In this document: in pieces, positions 61,356 through 64,000 of the stretch
How the letters are laid out: the number at the start of each line of letters is the position of its first letter
Numbering within the stretch: the stretch's first letter is position 1
Assembly: GCA_964491785.1 (NCBI GenBank)
Contig: CAZBGS010000001.1
Location: 232,661-296,660, forward strand
From: an uncultured Pseudobdellovibrionaceae bacterium
Lineage (GTDB): Bacteria; Pseudomonadota; Alphaproteobacteria; Micavibrionales; Micavibrionaceae
Direction of reading: 5' to 3'
Length of the DNA: 64,000 nucleotides
Translations under genes and position numbers: made by a program
The notes under the pieces: generated by a model
Told to the model about the DNA's origin: nothing
Databases searched by the model: none
What the model saw: only the letters and a program-made list of their open reading frames with translations

Positions 61356-61922
61356 ATGACACAAAAATCAAAGACTTCGACAAAGGGCAGGCTTCTGATC
61401 ATCGACGACGATGCGGTTTTGGCAGATCGTCTTGATAAATCGCTGGCAAAGCGCGGATTTCTGACTGAAACCGCGCTTTCCAACAGTGAGGCCATGGAAA
61501 AAATCAGTTTGAATGCCCCTGATTTCGCTTTGATAGATCTGAGAATCGGTCATGAGAGCGGCCTTGCTCTGATCGATGCGTTAAGGAAAGCCTCGCCCCA
61601 GTGCCGGATCGTGATGCTTACGGCCTTTGGCAATATCGCCACGGCGGTTGCGGCGGTAAAATCGGGGGCGATCGATTATCTAGCGAAACCGGCGGACGCC
61701 GATGCTATCGAGAACGCGCTGCTTCAGGAGGGTGAACATTCGCTTCCCCCGCCGCCCGCCGAACCGATGACCGCGGAAAGGGTACGATGGGAGCATATCC
61801 AGAGAATTTACGAGCAGTGCGAACGAAATATTTCGGAAACCGCCCGCAGGCTGAAGATGCACAGGCGGACATTGCAGAGAATCCTCAGTAAATACGCGCC
61901 CAGGGACAATCCGGAAGAGTAG
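61356..61922 (+). CDS. regA: Response regulator RegA/PrrA/ActR family (receiver + Fis-type HTH)
   Basis: The receiver domain begins LLIIDDD and the C-terminal HTH (NISETARRLKMHRRTLQRIL) matches the highly conserved RegA C-terminus. Confidence 0.75.
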   Translation: MTQKSKTSTKGRLLIIDDDAVLADRLDKSLAKRGFLTETALSNSEAMEKISLNAPDFALIDLRIGHESGLALIDALRKASPQCRIVMLTAFGNIATAVAAVKSGAIDYLAKPADADAIENALLQEGEHSLPPPPAEPMTAERVRWEHIQRIYEQCERNISETARRLKMHRRTLQRILSKYAPRDNPEE

Positions 61923-62001
61923 TATAATTTTTGCATTCAGTTTCGCCGCTTCGCGCCACGAAGATCACGGAGCAACCTGTTTCAACGGATTCCCGCACGA
62001 G

Positions 62002-62078
62002 GCGGACGACGCTCCGAAACTCCCTCACCCTCCCGCTTCGCGGGCCCCGCCCTCTCCCAGTGGGAGAGGGGTTTGTGG
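62002..62078 (+). repeat. Dispersed intergenic repeat, full-length copy (between convergent regA and cobD)
   Basis: The sequence gcggacgacgctccgaaactccctcaccctcccgcttcgcgggccccgccctctcccagtgggagaggggtttgtgg is the best-preserved consensus copy. Confidence 0.6.
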
Positions 62079-62083
62079 ATGAT

Positions 62084-63139
62084 TCAACTTATCATCAGTA
62101 TCAGGGCGGCGAGCAGGAGGGTTGCCGAGATTATCAGGAGATAGAGGGAACGCTTGACGTGGGAAGCGTCCAGTCTGGCGCTGGCGCCTTCGGGGCCGAT
62201 CCAGGCTTTCTTTCTGGCAAAGCCGTCCATGCCTGTCACCGGGCCGCCCAACGAAATATCAAGGCCCCACGCGGCACAGGTCAGGTTCTTGCCGCCTTCG
62301 GCGTATGGCGCCGCGTTTTCTTTGGCGAACCACCCTTTAAAAGTTTTGAAAACTGAAACGGTCGGCGAAAAAGCCGAGGCGAGAGTTAGCAGAACTGCCG
62401 AAAGAATATTGGCGATAAAGCCGGTGGCGGCCTCCAGCAGCAATACAGGCTTGCCGAACGCCTTGCCGTACCCCTCCCTTCCCAGATGCCATGCGCTTGC
62501 CGCGATGGCGGCGTAGGCGAAAGCGAGAGGCAAGCCGCCGATCAGATACCAGAAAACCGGAGCTACCAACGCCATGGGCAGCATGCGAACCGCGTAGCCT
62601 ATGGCGACTCTCGTCAGGCCGAAATCGTCGCTGGCCGAGAGATCAAGGCCGGAAGAGCGGGCAATCGTGTAATATACTCCGGATTTGCGCTTGTTTTTCT
62701 TCAAAGCTTCGTACAGCTGCCAAGCGGCACGCCATATCGAACCGCTGGAAAGGCAGAGCGAGAGAAATAAAATTTCTAGAAGATCATAATGAGGGAATTT
62801 CCAGACAATGTGCAGCGCCAGACTTCCCATGCCCAGACCGAAAAACAGCGCAAGCGCCGCAAAGGCAAGCCCCCTCAGGAACAACTCTTTTCCCGAGCGC
62901 TGGCGGCGGTCGAGGCGGCGGCCCAGTATGCCAAGGGTGCTGTCGACAAGAAGCCATACGGGCGGCCCGGCATATCCCCGCAAAGGCGCGGCGGCCAGAC
63001 CGGCTATCGAAACCGCAGCCAGCGACGTTATGGCAAGCGGCAATCTGTCAAATATCGCTATTTCAGGGATGACCTCGATCATAAAGCGGATTATAGCTGA
63101 CAGGATGACTAAATGCATCCGCTTGTGATAAACAACCAA
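62084..63139 (-). CDS. cobD: Adenosylcobinamide-phosphate synthase CobD/CbiB
   Basis: This is a polytopic membrane protein. The CobD family conserved C-terminal half (SAVLLTLASAF...TCAAWGLDISLGGP) is recognised. Confidence 0.7.
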   Translation of the reverse strand: MVVYHKRMHLVILSAIIRFMIEVIPEIAIFDRLPLAITSLAAVSIAGLAAAPLRGYAGPPVWLLVDSTLGILGRRLDRRQRSGKELFLRGLAFAALALFFGLGMGSLALHIVWKFPHYDLLEILFLSLCLSSGSIWRAAWQLYEALKKNKRKSGVYYTIARSSGLDLSASDDFGLTRVAIGYAVRMLPMALVAPVFWYLIGGLPLAFAYAAIAASAWHLGREGYGKAFGKPVLLLEAATGFIANILSAVLLTLASAFSPTVSVFKTFKGWFAKENAAPYAEGGKNLTCAAWGLDISLGGPVTGMDGFARKKAWIGPEGASARLDASHVKRSLYLLIISATLLLAALILMIS

Positions 63140-63144
63140 ATACG

Positions 63145-63870
63145 ATGGATCAGAAAGATTTTTTGAAAATCTCGCCGATGTTGCGTCTGCGCGTCAGTAA
63201 AAGGGCGCGCAGGCTGGCCCTGCGCCTTGATTCCAAAGAAAGGGTCATTACCCTTGTGGTGCCCGGACGTACAAGCTTTGGTAAGGCGTACGAATTTGCG
63301 AAATCGCATGAAGAATGGATAAACAAGCGACTGGATTCTTTGCCTAAACCCGTTCCGTTTGTTCAGGGGGAGGTTGTACCGGTGGCAGGAATCAACAGGA
63401 CTATACATATTAGTTATGATTTTGATTTAAAAACAACTTCTATATTATTGAAGAATAATGAAATTTCAGTGGTTACCAATCATGAGGACGTTTCGGGGAG
63501 AATCGAAAGGTTTCTGAAGCGTCATGCCTGCGAGCTGATAAAGCCGCTTGCCATAAAGAAGGCGGAAAGCATCGGGAAGAGTATAAACGGGGTGGCGGTG
63601 CGCGATACCAAGACGCGCTGGGGCAGTTGCAGCAACGACGGAAAGCTCTCTTTTTCGTGGAGGCTGATCTTCGCGCCGCCAGCAGCCATGGATTACGTAA
63701 TTTCACACGAGGTCGCGCATCTCAGGCATATGAACCACGGCAAGGCGTTCTGGAGCGCCTGCCGGTCGCTATGCGACGATTATCTGGAGGGGCATAACTG
63801 GATGCATAATCACGGCCACGAGCTTATGCGTTACGGGCAGAGATATAGTCCAGTGCACTTTGAAGAATGA
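63145..63870 (+). CDS. YgjP-like (DUF45) M48-related metal-dependent hydrolase
   Basis: The motif HEVAHLRHMNHGKAFW (HExxH...H, WLM/SprT-like) is near the C-terminus. Confidence 0.7.
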   Translation: MDQKDFLKISPMLRLRVSKRARRLALRLDSKERVITLVVPGRTSFGKAYEFAKSHEEWINKRLDSLPKPVPFVQGEVVPVAGINRTIHISYDFDLKTTSILLKNNEISVVTNHEDVSGRIERFLKRHACELIKPLAIKKAESIGKSINGVAVRDTKTRWGSCSNDGKLSFSWRLIFAPPAAMDYVISHEVAHLRHMNHGKAFWSACRSLCDDYLEGHNWMHNHGHELMRYGQRYSPVHFEE

Positions 63871-64000
63871 TTTGGGCGGCGAGCTTGTCTACAAGCCCTT
63901 TTTCCTTTGCTTTACGGTATGTTATGTTTTCTTCTAAAAGCCCGGCGGCAGCGAAGGTCGACAATCTCTCGTCCCATAAGGAAATCCAGGGATCCTGGCC
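63830..64000 (-). CDS. ruvX: Holliday-junction resolvase-like RuvX/YqgF, C-terminal part (5' end outside the window)
   Basis: The minus-strand translation DERLSTFAAAGLLEENITYRKAKEKGLVDKLAAQIILQSALDYIFCP* aligns with the E. coli YqgF C-terminus ([42 protein letters not shown]). The stop is at 63830-63832, overlapping the convergent YgjP 3' end by 41 nt. Confidence 0.6.

Noticed and set aside
61931-62356. 141-aa plus-strand ORF after regA
   Set aside because: Its 5' part is a translation of the dispersed intergenic repeat (…LTLPLRGPRPLPVGEGF…). The rest is antisense to cobD. It is not a gene.
1-64000. Search for CRISPR arrays, IS elements, integrases and phage genes
   Set aside because: There are no regularly spaced direct repeats. 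No transposase (DDE) or integrase (R..H..R..Y) signatures were seen in any ORF translation. The only repeats are the REP-like hairpin elements reported as findings.

Overview
This 64 kb window looks like a chromosomal segment of an alphaproteobacterium, with roughly 50-55% GC in coding regions and AT-rich intergenic spacers. It is mostly housekeeping genes in recognisable conserved blocks:
- two tRNAs (Arg-TCT, Pro-TGG)
- miaB-phoH-ybeY-corC-lnt
- an XRE regulator, then metK and trmB
- rimP-nusA-infB-rbfA-truB-rpsO, with pnp displaced by three inserted genes
- fabA-fabB-fabI
- an Rrf2 regulator followed by sufBCDS and a DUF59 gene
- prfC, tgt, rpmB
- the regB/regA redox two-component pair, then cobD and an overlapping partial ruvX

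No transposase, integrase, CRISPR array or phage gene is visible.

The things that stand out are:
- a cytoplasmic two-PAS histidine kinase whose reading frame runs, with no stop codon, into a complete Fur-family domain, preceded in the same operon by a GGDEF-domain protein with a degenerate active-site motif
- a tandem duplication of a two-gene module (Bateman/CBS-pair protein plus ArsB/NhaD-type permease), with a pair of perfect TAATCGATTA palindromes upstream
- a dispersed intergenic repeat family of about 65 nt with two hairpins, in at least five copies, always at gene 3' ends
- a lower-GC three-gene cassette of unrecognisable proteins between dusA and the suf regulator
- an orphan small membrane ORF between sufB and sufC
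- a 1271-aa membrane-anchored coiled-coil protein
- an HExxH-motif hypothetical protein
- an unrecognised gene where irr usually sits beside fabA

Functional calls rest on motifs I can read directly in the translations and on family knowledge; no database search was possible.
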